Positions 1 through 14,290 of a stretch of DNA of 64,000 nucleotides are shown in pieces. Position numbers and translations under genes: made by a program. The notes beneath the pieces are model-generated. The model saw only the letters and a program-made list of their open reading frames with translations. It did not search any database and had not been told where the DNA came from. Source of the stretch: the human T2T-CHM13v2.0 reference genome, Homo sapiens. The DNA is taken from assembly GCF_009914755.1 (NCBI RefSeq), contig NC_060926.1; one strand, written 5' to 3'. Positions within the stretch are counted from its first letter, which is position 1. The number at the start of each line of letters is the position of its first letter.

Positions 1-639
1 GCCCCAGGGCAAGCTGCCCGACACCCGGAACTCTCCCTCAAGGTGCGGCTCTGAAGTAGACCAAAGAGCCCTCGCCAAGGGCTGGGACTCTTCCCAGGAG
101 ACGAGTGCTCCTCCGACAGGGCCCTTAACAGGAGTCTGGCACCTGTCTCTATGGCTGTCTCTACTCAGTCCCAGCTAGTAGCAGCACCGTGGGGAAGCCT
201 GGGGTAAGAGGCAGAAGGGGATTCTAGGCCTCTGATCTCTGCAACTCGCCCCCACCTAAACCATGCCAAATATACACACGCTGAAAAAAATCACACAAAT
301 CAAACACAGTGTGCCGCTTCAAGGCCCTTTTCCCACCAACTGCCTCCTTGACCCTGCCTGTCTGGGGGTCCTGGAGCCACCTGGGTCTCAGCCATGGTGG
401 TGCTGGGCTTCTGCCGGGCAGTGAACAGCTCATGCTCTCTCCTCATCCATCGAGGGCTCTCTGGGCCCAGGGACTGGGCTGGGCATTGTTGATCTCTGTC
501 TTTCTAACAGCAAACTCAGCCCAGAGCCTCCTCACCACCCCTCTACCCACAGTGCTCAGAGAATGTCAGTGAACATGGGCAGCATTTAATTGCCTGGCAA
601 GTTCAGATTTGCACCTTTGATCTGCAAGCCTGGCAGGGC

Positions 640-1130
640 TGGGTGATGGGAAGAACATGGCATTTGGGTGCAGATGAACCTGGGCTTGAAACCCAGCTTT
701 GTCATTTCTATCTTGTGACCTTCAGTAGCTGCTTCACACGTAACATCCCTCTCCATCCCTCTCCTGAGCCCAGGTGTTCTCATCTGGGAAGTGGGGAAAG
801 TCGTACCTAATTCACAGCAGAACATGTGAGTGTACAACCAGCCCAGCCCGTCATCTGGTGGCCATGAGCTGGGAGCCGTGATGAGTGTTTCAGTCTTGGT
901 TCGGGGCGATGGGCCTAGTAAGCACTTTATATATATCCTAATCCTCCCAACAGTCCTATGAGGAGGGCACTATTATCATCATCAACTCCTTTGTACAGCC
1001 CAGGAAACTGAGGCACAGAGAGATTATGAAATTCGGCCAAGTTCACACAGCCCGTAAGTGACAGGGCTATGGTTTGACCCAAAGCTTTTGGACTCTGGGG
1101 CCCACCCTCATAGCTATGGTACTAAACTGC
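640..1130. mobile_element. Pair of MIR fragments (~640-840 +, ~915-1130 -)
   Basis: ttctcatctgggaagtgggg; ggaaactgaggcacagagagattatgaaattcggccaagttcacacag. Confidence 0.65.
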
Positions 1131-2894
1131 TGGGTGTTTACCCCAAAACAGGAAACCTACAAAGGGGTGTTCTTTGAGTCTATCAAAAATATTTACTGAG
1201 TTCCTCCTAAGGAATTAGGAGAGGTGGTCTCAGCCCCACTGCAGGCTGCTCTCTGTGGGGTCCTGGGGAGCGGCTCCGGCCCTGGGCCTGCTGGCAGAGC
1301 TTTGCTGAGACCTGGCAGAGGCAGCCCTGCCCTGTCACGTCTCCCTCCACAGCCCACTTGCCTGCCAGGGTGTTTGAACAATGATTAACCAGCAGCGGGC
1401 AGGCCAGTGCAGGCCAGGCTGGGCACGGCGGGTGAGCTCACCCCTTGCACAATGGTGGCCGCACCCGCCGCCCGCACCCACCACCCGACTCAGGGGCTGG
1501 CCCAGTGGGGCAGGGCCAGGCGGGCTCCCAGAAGCAAGAGACATGAAGCTGGAGGGAAACAAGGGACAGCCTAGCCAGATGTGCAGATGTGACTACAATC
1601 ACATTTGATGCCATCCTCCCACTCCAGCCCATGCAGACTCCAGCCCCTCTTGCCAGCCATCCATTGCTGGGATGAGACCAGCCTCAAGGGAGATGTTCCT
1701 CAAACAGTGTCACCTAAGCCTGTCCCAAGCTGCTCCTGCCACAGAGCATCAGACTCCAGACTGGACTAGAGGACGCAGGAGGACCCGCCCACCCAGGCCC
1801 ATGACAGACAGGGAGCCACGCCTCAGGCCCCTCCTCCCCTTTCTCCATGAACCCTCTGAGCCTTGTGGAGCCCGGTCTCTGGCCCTGGCTGCTCGGGGAA
1901 GCACAGGCATGTGCCCATACCCACACCAGCCCCTGGGCCCCTCCCTGGGAGCATCCGGGGTCTCAAGCGCCAGAGCCTGCATGGTGGTGGTGGTGGAGAA
2001 CTCACAGCTCATTCGGAGCCAAATCTGTCTCCAGATTCGCGGACGTTGCCACACCTGTCCACCCCAGCCTCGCCCGAGGCTTCGGCCTTTTATTTGTTTG
2101 TTGAGTGGAGCACTAAAGTCCTTTACCCTAAGTAAACCGTGTGTCCATTTCAGATCTGGCTTCACTGCCTCAAAAGCTAGGAGGACTGAAGAAGGTTGGG
2201 ATGTGCATCTGGGGTTCGGGGGACAGCACTATGTGTGGAGGTGGGGAGGGGGAAAGATAATTTTCTGTGAAGGTGGGAGGGGTGGAGGTGCCTTTACCCC
2301 ACTCCCACTCCCCCTCCTCAGTGTTCCGAAAAGTCTGAACCCTGCTGGTCTGATGAGGGCTCCCAGCTGATCTGAGGGCTCAGTCAGCCTTGCCGGGTGC
2401 CCCTCCAAAAGAACCTAGGAGTCTGGGTGCCCAGGTCTGGGCCTGCCGGAGCTCCCTGGCCCCTCCTCACAGCCAAGAGACACTGTGATCCTCAGACTCT
2501 CTGAAGGCCTCTCAACAATCAAAAAAGGGTGGGCTCCCGCTTATTGAGAAGTTGTGCCTTTTTTTGTCCTAGATTCACCTGCCCAGCCTCAGGGACCCCA
2601 AGTTCTGGGTCATGTGCTTGGGACATCCTCACAGCCCGGCCTGAGAAGAGCTGGGTATTCTGGCTCCCATGGTGCCCTCATTCTCTCAGGACACCTGAGG
2701 CCCTGGCCCTGAGGCCTGTCATGCGGCCTTCTTGCAGCATCGCTGTTTGTTTCCTGAGCTCCTGTCTGGGCTAAGCCCTGAGGAAGAAGAGAGTAGAGAG
2801 GATGCGCTTGCTGCCTCGGGGGCCTGCACCCTGGTTGGGGAGCCAGGCATGGATGCGGGCTGCATGGGCGCCAGCTACCATGATGGCTCCCTAG

Positions 2895-3242
<348 letters not shown>

Positions 3243-3802
3243 AATATGTGTTTAATTATTTATTACATGGGCTTCACAAGCCTGTGAAGCACATAGATCA
3301 TTCCATGACCACCATTTTAAGGATGAGGGAAACGCTAAGGCATAGTGACAGTAAGCAACAGCCTAGGGATGTACAGCTAGTAGGTGGCAGAGCCCAGCTA
3401 AGACCCAGGCAGCGGGTCCAGCACCCATGCTGTCAGTCTCTATGAGATGCTACCTTTGGAGCAACATGCATCAGGAAGACAGGGCCAGGGGCAGCTTTCA
3501 GAGGGTGTAGACCAGATGGCGGCAGCGCTTGGCCCTGAGGTGTGATGGGATTTTGTGAAACAGAAGCAGCACAGGGCAACGCAGACAGAGGAAGCAGAAG
3601 CAGTATCTGCAAGCCTCGGAGGCGTTAATGACAATCACCCGAGGAAGGAGGTGGGGACAGGGGACTCCTGTACTTTCCCCCATACCCTTGCCTTGTTTGA
3701 ATCTTCCATAATGTGCATATATTCATTAATTACAGGTGAAATTTAAACGCACAAAAAAATACAGTGAAGACTGAGTTGTGTGTCATAAAGCCATACAACT
3801 CA

Positions 3803-4100
3803 GCAGGAGTTGGCAAACCTTTCCTGTAAAGGGTCAGATAGTGAGTATTTGAAAATATTTTCAACTACTCAACTCTGCCACGGCAGCACAAAAGCGGCCA
3901 TAGACAAAAGGCACACAAGCGGGCGGGGCTGTGTTCTAATAAAACTTTATTTATGGACATTAAAATGCCACATTTTCGCATGTCACAAAATATTCTTCTT
4001 TTGAAGTTTTCAATCGTTGAAAATGTAAAAAGCATTTTTCCCTCACAGACCGTACAAAAGCAGGCATGGAGGCAATACTGTGGCCTCTGGGCCATCGTTC
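3803..4100. mobile_element. MER58-like hAT-Charlie DNA transposon fossil
   Basis: ttggcaaaccttttcctgtaaagggtcagatag ... caactactcaactctgcc ... aataaaactttatttatggac. Confidence 0.75.
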
Positions 4101-7100
4101 GTACACACCTTCCCCAAAAGGCTCAGATAGGCGAGAGAGCAGGGAGGCTCCAGAGTTGGCTGGAGTCTAGTTGGCTGAGTCCAGTCACTCAGGTTGGCTG
4201 CAGCCCAGGAGTCCCAGGAGCGAGGAGCAGCAGGGCTGGGCCAAGAGTGGAGAGGGCTGAGGACAAACCCATAGGGCCTCGAAGGCCCCAGGAAGAGATG
4301 TTGTCACAGCTGACTCAGCCCCGTGCTCAGACTCCAGTGTTACCAGGTCCTGAATGTGAGACGCAGGCGTCTGCTTCTCCGAGCTTCAGTTACTTCAGCT
4401 GTAAAATGGGACACTGGCATTGACCTTGAAGGTCATGATGCATGGAAAGAGAGGGTTAGATCTTGTGAAAGGGGCTGAGGCTGGTGCCTATCCCGCACCA
4501 GAGACCCACGGGGGTGACGATGGTGTTTGCTGTTCATTCACACAATTGTTTTGGTTATTCTCAGGATGTTAAGCAGGCTCATGTCCAGGTATGTGTTTTA
4601 GAAATGTCTCCCTGGTGCTATGTGACGAATATGTCTGCATGTCTGTATGAACATCCTTCCTTCACCTTCCAGAACCTTCTCTCGGCTGCCCTGTACTAGG
4701 AAGACCAACCTGAGCAGACAGCATCCACAGGCTCCCTCACCCTCCTGTGGACAGACAACTCAGCTACTGGGGACCCCCAGAAGGAGATGAGGGGAGGGAG
4801 GAGAGCAGGGTTCTCCCTGACTCCCTCCTGCAGGCTGTGTGCAACCTGGATGCATCTTTTTGGAAAAGTCACAGCACTCTCCCAGCTCACCTCAGAGATT
4901 CAAGGGGGTCTCCCTGCCCCTTGCCCACATCTTTGTACACTCTTCTCAAATTACCCAAATTTGAATTCGACCTGCCTGATTGATAGAGGGCATAAGACTG
5001 GGTAAAGATACCAGCTAGGAGACTATTGCTATCATCTTGATGAAGGAAAATGAAGCAGTAAACCAGGACAGTGGTGATGAGGGTGAAGGAAGAGCTGGAA
5101 CCAAGACATATGTAGACATTCAACAGGTGGAACCAGGAGCATTCCAGAGAGGGAGGAATCTCCAGGAGCAGTTGCATCTCTGGCTCAGGCAATGGAGGGG
5201 ATGGAGATTCTGAGAGAGGATACCCAGGGGGAGAGGCTGGTGTTTGGGATGGAAATGATAACTTTGAGGCAGTGCCTGCAAACATCCAGGTGGATAAATG
5301 CACATGTATATCCAGCCTTCCTGAAGCTCTGATTTTCTACCATGTTTAGCCAGGATCCATCCAGTTCTCCCAGACAAGCCATGTCAGGAATGGCCTGGGA
5401 GCCATGGAGAGGGGTCAGTGAATAGATGGCTGCTGGCCTTGTCCTTCCCCTTCGGATGCAGGAACAAGGCTCTCAGATGCATGAACTCAGCCTAGAGTTC
5501 CTGGGTCTCCTGCTGCACCCACAGGAGAGGTCTGGGAGGACTCCATCCCTGGAGGTGCCAGCAGTTAAAGAAAGCCAGAGCTGCCAGCCAAAAAACACCT
5601 TTGCCCATCAGCCAGGAAAGCTGAACAGGCTGGAGTGCTTCCATATGGGAGGCACTGGGCTTAGATCTTCCTTTAGCCATCCATTCCTTGGGGCTTTCAG
5701 GGGGCAGGAGGTCAGATCTATGCTTTCCTCGGAGGTGGGCCCTGGTGCTGGGGCGGGACCACAGGTGGCAGAGGGTGGGGGCTTAACTCCTCAGGCCTCA
5801 CTGCTCATTCCTAGTTGGACTGACTTCTGATTACATTGTTGTTTCAGAAACAAGCACTCGATGGCATATTTCTCAATTGAGTCACTGCTCAGTTTGCCTT
5901 CTCCCAGGAAAGCAAACACTCTCTGGCTTCACCTCGGGCCATGGCTGTCATTGACCTTACTTACCTTGAAGGGCTCAGCACTGGGTTCCCAAGGCCCTTT
6001 TTAAGATCCAATTTCCCTGGTGCTTTGAGGAGGGTGGGGGACATCAGAAGACCCTCTTGCTGGGAACATCCACTTCCCGATGCCTCCTCCTTTGACGTCG
6101 TGAGCCACAGGCCACCAAGCAGGTTCTGCAGCAGCAACTCAGAAGAGCCCTCTGGAGTAGGAGAGCCTGGATCCCAGTGCCCAAGGTGGGCACAGCCTGC
6201 AAGCAGCTCTGCTTGGAGAAGTCCCGCTTCCTAGGGCTCATTCCGACTGTGCACATGACACTTTCGGGAGTAGGTCAAGAGCCCCAGGCGTCATTTGAAC
6301 AGGAAGTTCTCGGGTCACATCAAATGTTCCATGTTGCCAACCCTTCATGTAACCCCTTTTCAGGAAGTCATCGGTCTCACTGGCAGGGTGGGGGAGGGCC
6401 TGTCATGAGTCCCGTCTCCAGTGTCCCTCTGTTCAGTGCATTTGGCGTAACCCCCAGCTGTATGCACTGGGCCCCCAGGGCTGCCTCCCCCTACGTCCCC
6501 CACAGCAGCCCAGCATGGGGAGAAAACATCCTAAAATCACCAGGGGCTCCAGGGAAAAGCCGAGAGGGGGCACGTGGCTGGTATGAGAGCCAGGAATGCC
6601 CATGTGTTCAGGATGGCGGAGGCAATGAGGAAAGAGTGGCCCGATCTTCTCTCTGTTCCCTGCCTGTCAGTGTCATTCCCACTGGGTTCTAAATCCCCCT
6701 AGCATGTTCACAGGTAGCTCGCTGCACCCAGAGACCCCACCAGGCAGATAAACTTCTTTGTCCCACAGACAGAATTCCTCGACCTAGTCTTGCCTTCTTC
6801 CCCCTGCTGTCGTCCTCATCCCACTTCCAGCTGTGCCTGAAGAGAATCTGAGGGTCAGACTGGAGGGCGGGGAAGGAGAGGCCGAGCTGCCCCATTCACA
6901 GCGTTCAGGACTGTCTCTGCCCCAGGTTCCCTGACTCCTGGAAGTTTCTGGAGTCCTAGACAGGTCCTCTTGGCACTTTAGGAACCAGCTCAGGGCCTGC
7001 CTCTTCCTGGAAGCCCTTCCTGTGCATGCTGATGGTCTTGGAATCAAAGCGCAGCTGCTGAGGAAGTAACTGGGAAAAGCAAAGGCCAGAACTGCAGGGT

Positions 7101-10100
7101 TGAGGAGGAGGAGACAGTGAGGAGAAGCCCACAGTTCATCTCCGGGGCTCCTCCAGGTGGCTGGCGGAGCGGCTGAGTGGCCCGAGGACTTCCTTTCCCA
7201 GGAGGCTGTGCCACAGACTTGGAGCTGTGGGGTGGGGTGGCGGGTAAGAGGGCAGGCTCTCTCCTGGGCAGCACAAAGGAAGCGTCCAGGGGGCCCAAGA
7301 CAGCTGTCTCACTGTGCGGTCTGAGCACCCCCAGCCCGGGCATGTGAGCAGAGCTGACTAACTCTTGCAGGAAGTGGCCTCAAGCTGGGAGGGAATGGTT
7401 GGAAGGCCGACTGGGAAGCGGGGCTCAGAGGGTGCTCCCCAGCCTGGCCCCTGACTCATGAGAGCACACTGTGCCCTTTGAGGGTGGCCTGCTCTAGCCA
7501 TCTCTGCGGGTGCTGCAGGGGAACAGGGAAATGAGGAACCAGCATCTGCCCACAGCCTCCCTTCTCCCACAGAGGCAGGCTCCAGGCCTCAGCTCCCACC
7601 CTTCCACCAACTCACCTCCCCGCCTCACCTGGTTTTCCTATTTTTTTTTGTTCTCCAGGCTTTTCCCATGGGAAAATCCCACCCACCATTCCAGGCCAGC
7701 CAGAAAGCCTCTCCCTGACACCTGACCAAGTGTTCCCTGCTGGCTCACAGGTAGCCAAGCCCCAGAGGTCTGATATGTGACTTCCCGGCAGGATGCTGTG
7801 ATCTCCAAGGGCAGGGTCCCTGGAGGGAGCCGGGGCTGTACAATGTTGGCCCTCAGCAGGGTCTCCAGGCAGGACTGCTTCCTCAGGCCAGCCCATGGTT
7901 CCTCCACCCTGGCTCCCACTCCCCATCCCCCCTGGCCTCAGGGAGCTGACAAGGCCAGAGGCCCCTGAATTCCTGCCCGAGGGCTCACCCCTGCCCTCGG
8001 TTTCACAGACCACCTTTGTGTAGGTCACTGTTGCTGAGCTCTTTCTAGCCCAGCACAAACCTGGGGCCTGGTCTTAGTGACTGACCCACCAGAGAGCTCC
8101 CAGTAACTCCCAGTAACTTCTCTGCCAGTCATCGGCTGCTGCTCCTGTCCCTTTGAGGAACTAACGACTGTTCTGTGAGTCAGTAACTAGGGGCAGAGGG
8201 AGGGGTGACAGACTCATTGCAGATATCAGGTGATCACTGCAGATATCATGTGATCGCTGCGGCCTTGGAGCCAGAGGCGTCCCTGTTTCTGCTTCCCCAA
8301 GAGGACATTCTCCTCCCATGGGGAAGGCCCCCACTCACTATACATTTGCGGCATCTAACCTAGATGGGCTCGAGAAAGCCACTCCGCACAGCAGAAAGAG
8401 CACTGGCTGGGAGCAAGTGAGTCTGGGCTCCCCACGGCTGGCAAGAGACTCCCCTTCTCTGAACCTCAACTTCGAGGGGGTGGCCCTCAGAAACCCTAAG
8501 AATGCTCACAGTTTTGTGACCTCTTGAAGTCCATGTACATGAAGCAGCTGCGGGCTCAGCCACATCCTGAAGGATCCCATGAGGATGAGTCCTCGTTAGC
8601 ATCTGTCTGCCCTGGCTCCTAGAAGAACCTGTGATGCTGTGATGAAGCTTTGAAGTCAGGCAGTCCTGGGTTCAAGTACCGGCTCTGCCTCTTACCAGTA
8701 CATTTTGCACCTTTCTGAACTTGATTTCCAGATGAGGAGATCTGAGGCCCCAGGGGGGAAGGAAAGCACCCAAGATACCAGGCGGGACCCTGGGCCTGCT
8801 GGCCTGCAGCTCTGCACTCCTTCTCCAGAGGGCTTGCCCTAGAAGGAGCCAGGGTGCTGGGAAGGCTGTTCCACTTTCAAGGGCTGAAATGAAGGTGGTT
8901 GTGTCTCACAGCCTGGCTGGCAAGGCTAGTTCCTCCACCCTGGAGCATCTGTAGATACACCACAGACACAGTGAGGGGAGCAGACAGGCTGGGACCACCT
9001 GGCCCTGGAGGGAAGCCCTGGGAAGGCTGGCTAGGCTGCCTCCTGGGCTGCCTCCTGGGGCTGCAGCCGGTCCTGTGCCTTTCATCTGCAGATACCCGGC
9101 CTCCCTCCCCACATGGTGCCCAGAAGGCCTGTGGGAGCTTCCCCTGCTGAAAGCTGCTGTCAGCAGGGGGCCACACCTCCCGTAGCCCTTGAAGTGTGAA
9201 TATTTCTGCTTTCATAGCACACTCACCCCAGGCCCCAGTCCCTCACATCCCTTTAAGAGATGTCCATTACCTGAAGGATGGGGAATGGAGCGGCCCATGG
9301 GTGGAGGAAGGGCAGACAGGGTGTGGAAGCAATAGTTGTGTTTGTACAAATGGAGCCCTCCCCGCCAGCCACTAGAGGACGAGCTCGAGGGTACAGGTGT
9401 GTCTGTGCAGATTGGCCACTGCACCTATGCGGTGTCTGCTTGAAGCAGTGTCCTCTTTTCTAATTTCAGTAAAAGCCATGCCCACTCACCAAGCCAGGTG
9501 CCTGTCCAGAGGGGATCTTCCCCAAGGGAGCGCTGTGTCTAACATGCACAGAGGTGCTCCCTGTGCCCCTGCCTGCCCTTTGACTGTGCCTGGGGAGAAT
9601 TTGGGTGGGGAGGAGGGCTCGGAAGGTGCACAACAGGTGGGAACTGAGTTCACAAATAAGCTTCTCCCCAGAACAGAACATCCTTTTTCTAAATCCCAAC
9701 CCAATTGTTTGGTGACCACTAGCACTTCCAGCCAGGAACCTGAGTCCGCTGCCAGACAGCACAGTGCCCAGGAGCCCCATGACTACCTCCAGGCCAGCCC
9801 TGAGCCATCTTGAGAAGCCAGAGAGCAATGCTGCCTGGATGAGGCAGGTCCTGCCTCTTCAGTGCCTCCCTCCAGGGAAGGGTGGGGCAGAGGTCCTGGA
9901 GCCCAGCCCCCTCCCACAGCCACCCCAACTCTCCAGGCTTCAAAGGCCCACAGGTCATTTCTGGCCCGGAGGCCAGCCCGGACCAGGCCAAGCCCCAGTG
10001 GGCTGTGAATCCACCAAGTCTCTTTTTTGGGATCTCACATGCTCCATCTGCAATATGTCTTGGGCAGGAAGGATGAAGGCTGAGTTCCACCACTCCAGTG

Positions 10101-10186
10101 GGTGGATCTCAGCCTCCACCCTTCCTGTATTCTTATAATCAACACCCCCCTCACTACAATCCTGTATGTGTGTATGTACTTGCACA

Positions 10187-10218
10187 TGCACACGTACACA
10201 CACACACACACACACACG
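10187..10218 (+). repeat. (CA)n microsatellite
   Basis: Seen directly in the sequence. Confidence 0.9.
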
Positions 10219-10911
10219 ATTCTGCGGGGAAGACATGGGAGACCGAGGACCTAGCCTAGTCGTGACTCTGATGCACTGTGACCTGGCCTGGAAGGTTCCA
10301 TAGAGTAAGCATCAGTACATGAGGCAGGCGCCGTGGCTCAGGGATCCCTATGGCCCCTGTGCGGTGCTTCTATGGCTTCCTTAGCCCCTCTTTTTTCCGC
10401 TCCGCCTTCTCCCAGGGCCAGGCGCAGGGAGCTGGGTGAAACAAGAGTTCATGAATGAACAAATGAATGGATGGAGTGGAGTCCCTCTCCACCCTCGCTT
10501 CCGATCCCCTAATCCCCTTCCCATCCCCATCTCTAGGCCTGGCTCGGGGGCAGAGCCCCAGGTGTTTTTCATTAAGGGTTTTACTGGGATTCTCAGGCTC
10601 TAGCTGAGGAAGGCTGAAAGAGCCACCTAATCCTCTGCCCCACCCCCAGGCTGAGCCCGACACAGTGGGAGTCAGGTTACACAGTGGGAGGCAGGGGCCT
10701 ATCCTCTCCCACTACCCAGACCCTTCTTGGGCAGCCTCTGGCCGTCTCCAGGAGGTCACCTAGGGCCCAGCTCGTCTCCAAGCCCATTCCCCTCCACCTG
10801 TTCTTTATACTGCAACAGTCAGGACATCCTTCTAAGGAACAAAGCTAATTATCCCATGCCCTTACTTTAGAATCCACCCAGGCTGCCTCCTTCCTTTTTT
10901 TTTTTTTTTTT

Positions 10912-11055
10912 TTAACAACTGGCTCTGATTTGTGGCACTTGCCAATGTCCATGGTACAAATATTTCCATCATGGCCAATTTCAAACTACCTTGTGAGGTC
11001 ACTGAACTCATGAGCACAGTCAGCTCTCAAAAGCCAGTAGAGCCGGCTCCCTCAC
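10912..11055. mobile_element. Probable old hAT-type DNA transposon fragment (MER63/Blackjack-like)
   Basis: aacaactggctc ... catggccaatttcaaactacc ... gagccggctcc resembles this family; recognition only. Confidence 0.4.
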
Positions 11056-14000
11056 CATCAGCCACAACCCTGTGCCCTTGACCTAGAAAACCAGCCCTCC
11101 TTTACTGGCTCCAGTTGTCCCTCCAGCCTCACTTCTCACTGCTTTTCCACCCCCAATACAGATACTGCACACTGGGGTGGGGGGATCTTGTGGGTCCCTG
11201 GGTGCACCTGGCACTTTCCAAGAACACTTCTCTCCTCCTCTTTTGCCGGGCCAGCTCGTTTGACAAGACCTCATTCACATGCCTCCTCCTCCAGGCAGTC
11301 TTCTCTAAGTCCTCAAGCTGGATGGGGTGTCCTTCATCTGTTTCTACAGCACTGCCCTTGGACATCTGTATTGTTTAATAATGCATGTGTGTCCTTGCCA
11401 CAAAACCGTGGGCTCTTCAAAGGCCAGGGCTGTGCTCCTGATATCTCTGGGTCCCCAGGCCCTGACCCAGAGGAGGCCTCAGTAACTGTGTTGAAGGAGT
11501 GAGACGCACGTAGGGACGTGCTCAGGGCACAGGGCTCCAAGGGAAGAGCCACTTCGGAGGGCTGGAGCTATTCTCTTGGGCTTCCCCAGCAAAGGCCAGC
11601 GCCGCCTATGTAGCCAGCTTCCTGGGAGACAGAGGGCACTGCCCATGCTCCTCCCACCATGGGAGAAGGGAATTGCTCCCCAACTTCTGGATCTGACATA
11701 TTCCAAGTGACATCCCCCCACCTGCCCACTGGCTCATAGGGACACGGAGCTGCCTGGGGCTGGGTAGAAATGAGCTGCCATCTGTCCCCTGGTTGTTTGT
11801 CTTCTCATGACCATGGTTCCCTGCAGGATACATCATTAGTAACTGTGGTGCCAGCACCCAGGCGTGTCAGGGAGGCCACCCTTTCCCATGCCTGGGAACC
11901 GCTTCGGGGCTTGCTGGGGCAGCTCCAGCCTGGAAGAGCCTCTCCCACGCCTGTCCAGGTGTCCTCTGGGACAGAATGGATGAACAGGAAGCAACCGTGG
12001 CACAGGAGCGGCACAGACCTGGGTCTGCACGTCTGCTTGGCCACTCAGGAGCTGCATGAAGAATCAGTTTGGATCTCAATTTCCTCATTTGCGAAAAGAG
12101 GGTGGGGATTCCAGCCTGTCAGGGATTTTGCGACCATCAGAGTCATAGCCACTATTCATGCAATGCTTGCAAAGTGCCCAAACCAAAATGCTGAAGAGTT
12201 TACTCCCATTACTTTATTTAATGCCCCTAGGAGATGAGTTCATTTCACAGATGACAGAGCTGAGGTTCTAAGGAGTTTATGGTCACACAGCCAGTAAAGT
12301 GGGGTCTAACCCCAAAGCCCCTGCTCCTGCCACTATATTACTCTGTGTCCCTGAAATCGGAGGGTAGGCATGGATAGAGCCTGGCACATTCTAGGCATAT
12401 TGGAAATGGTAGTCCTTATTCATAATTAACCAGAATCTTGGTGCCTGACATTTAGTGGCACGCTGCGTTTTCTTAAATCTCTTTCCAAGTCTCATCTGTG
12501 CCTGAAGGTGGGCACCGGCCCTCCTGCTTTCCCTATAAGGAAATGGAGGGGTAAGGAGATGCAACAGTTTCACGCAGTCCCTCAGCCAGGGCGGGCAGAG
12601 ACTGCTGAGCGCCAGCTCTGGGCTCCCGGCCTGGCCTCTGGCTCCTGGGAGAAATTCCCCTTGTCTGGGGTGCAGGCAAGGAGGGAGTTGAACAGACAGG
12701 GCTGGGAAGAAGGGCTGCCTGTCAGGCTCGGACGCATAGTGTGTGAGTAGCAAGGCCAGCCCCCTCAAGCTGTCTCCACTTCAGTCTCCACCAGGGGCCA
12801 CAAAATCATATCCAGCTAGTCCCGAAGATCCAGGCCTGCCGCCTTGAGCAAACCCTTATCCTCTCCAGACCTGTTTCCTCGCCTGTGAAACAGAATAACT
12901 CCTGCAGCACCACACAGCTCGAGTTTGTGTGAGAATACGATGAGGGAAGGATGGTGAAGACCCCTGAGCACTGTGGGTGTGAGCGCTCTCTGGGGAGGGG
13001 CCGGCCCTGGCTGGTCAGCCTTGTGTGGCACTGTACTGGAGAGGCACATCTGAGGGACAGCTAAGCTCCCCCTGGGGGGCAGGGATTGTGCCCCATTTCA
13101 TGCACAAAGCATGCTTAAGTTCCCCCTGCGAGAAGCCCTGCTGTGTGTCTGGATTCTTAGGCCTGAAAGGCCTTACCTTTCACATCAAGCGACCAGTCTT
13201 TTCTAATGAGTTCAAGTGGTAGCACATCTGATAGGGCAAAACAGCCTCATTTACAAAGAGAAAAATAAATAAAAATGTTATATAGCCTTGAGAATAAGGC
13301 CAGACAGTCAGCCCAAGGTCCCTGGAGCAACACATAGAGAAAAAGAGTTGGTAAAAGTCTTTCTTCTTCTGTGGACTCTGTCCGGGCAGCCATGAGCTGG
13401 AACTCAGCCCAGCCCTCGTGCCACGGGATATTTTCCACCCTCAGAAGTAGCTGGGCTGGACCCAGAGGGGAGGCCAGGCTGCTCCTGCACTGGGGACCCA
13501 GGGGCCCAGTGTGGACCCTCTTCCTTGGCCGTCAGGCTGCAGGGAGCACCTATCAGGAGGATGGGGCTGGAGTCTGCATCCTTGAGGCCCCCCGGCCTGG
13601 TTCTCACCAGACCTGGTCACCCTGGCCTGGCAGAATCCTGGGAAGTACGAGAAGTCATCTCATCTGGGGCCACATCTGATGGGTGAGGGGAAGCTGAGGA
13701 TCAGAAGGAGGCAGCCCTGGTTAACGGATGTCACCCTGGGGCTCCACACCGTCTCAGTCTGTGGCCCTGTCACTGGTCCAACAACAACATCTATCAGGTG
13801 CTGAGAGGTGGCAGTAGCCCATGTGCGGCCATGTCATACCTCACCCAGGCTTGCAACAGACACCCTGTGCACTAGTCACGAGGCTGGAAAATGGCAGGAC
13901 CAGGATTTTGAGCCCAGACATCTGGCTACAGAGTTTTTCTCTGGACCACCATGCCCTCCCACCTCCCCCATGAGTTCTGAAGGGGGACCATGTCTCCTGC

Positions 14001-14154
14001 TCCCCAATGCCCACTTTCCCTTTAAGGGCTAACACGGGGGTTAAAAGCCCCACAGAGGGAAGCTGTTCGCCCTTAGAGAAGGTATCCCAGCTGATGGCCC
14101 AGGCTCTGTCCTCGAAAGGGCTCTGCAGATTTGGGATCGAAGATGCTGCCCTGG

Positions 14155-14290
14155 ACTGGGCTCAGGGCCTCTCGCCTGTAATCCCTATTTGGGAGGCTAT
14201 TTGGGAGGCTAAGTCAGGATGATTGCTTGAGGCCAGGAGTTTGAGGCCAGCCTGGGCAACATAGACCCTGTCTCTAATTTAAAGAAGAAA
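14155..14290 (+). mobile_element. Alu monomer (FLAM/AluJ-like)
   Basis: cctgtaatccc...ggattgcttgaggccaggagtttgaggccagcctgggcaacatag. Confidence 0.85.

Noticed and set aside
1672-2370. 232-aa ORF and other 100-200 aa ORFs in the downstream intergenic region (e.g. 20017-20637)
   Set aside because: No recognisable domain or exon structure; expected by chance in GC-rich DNA.
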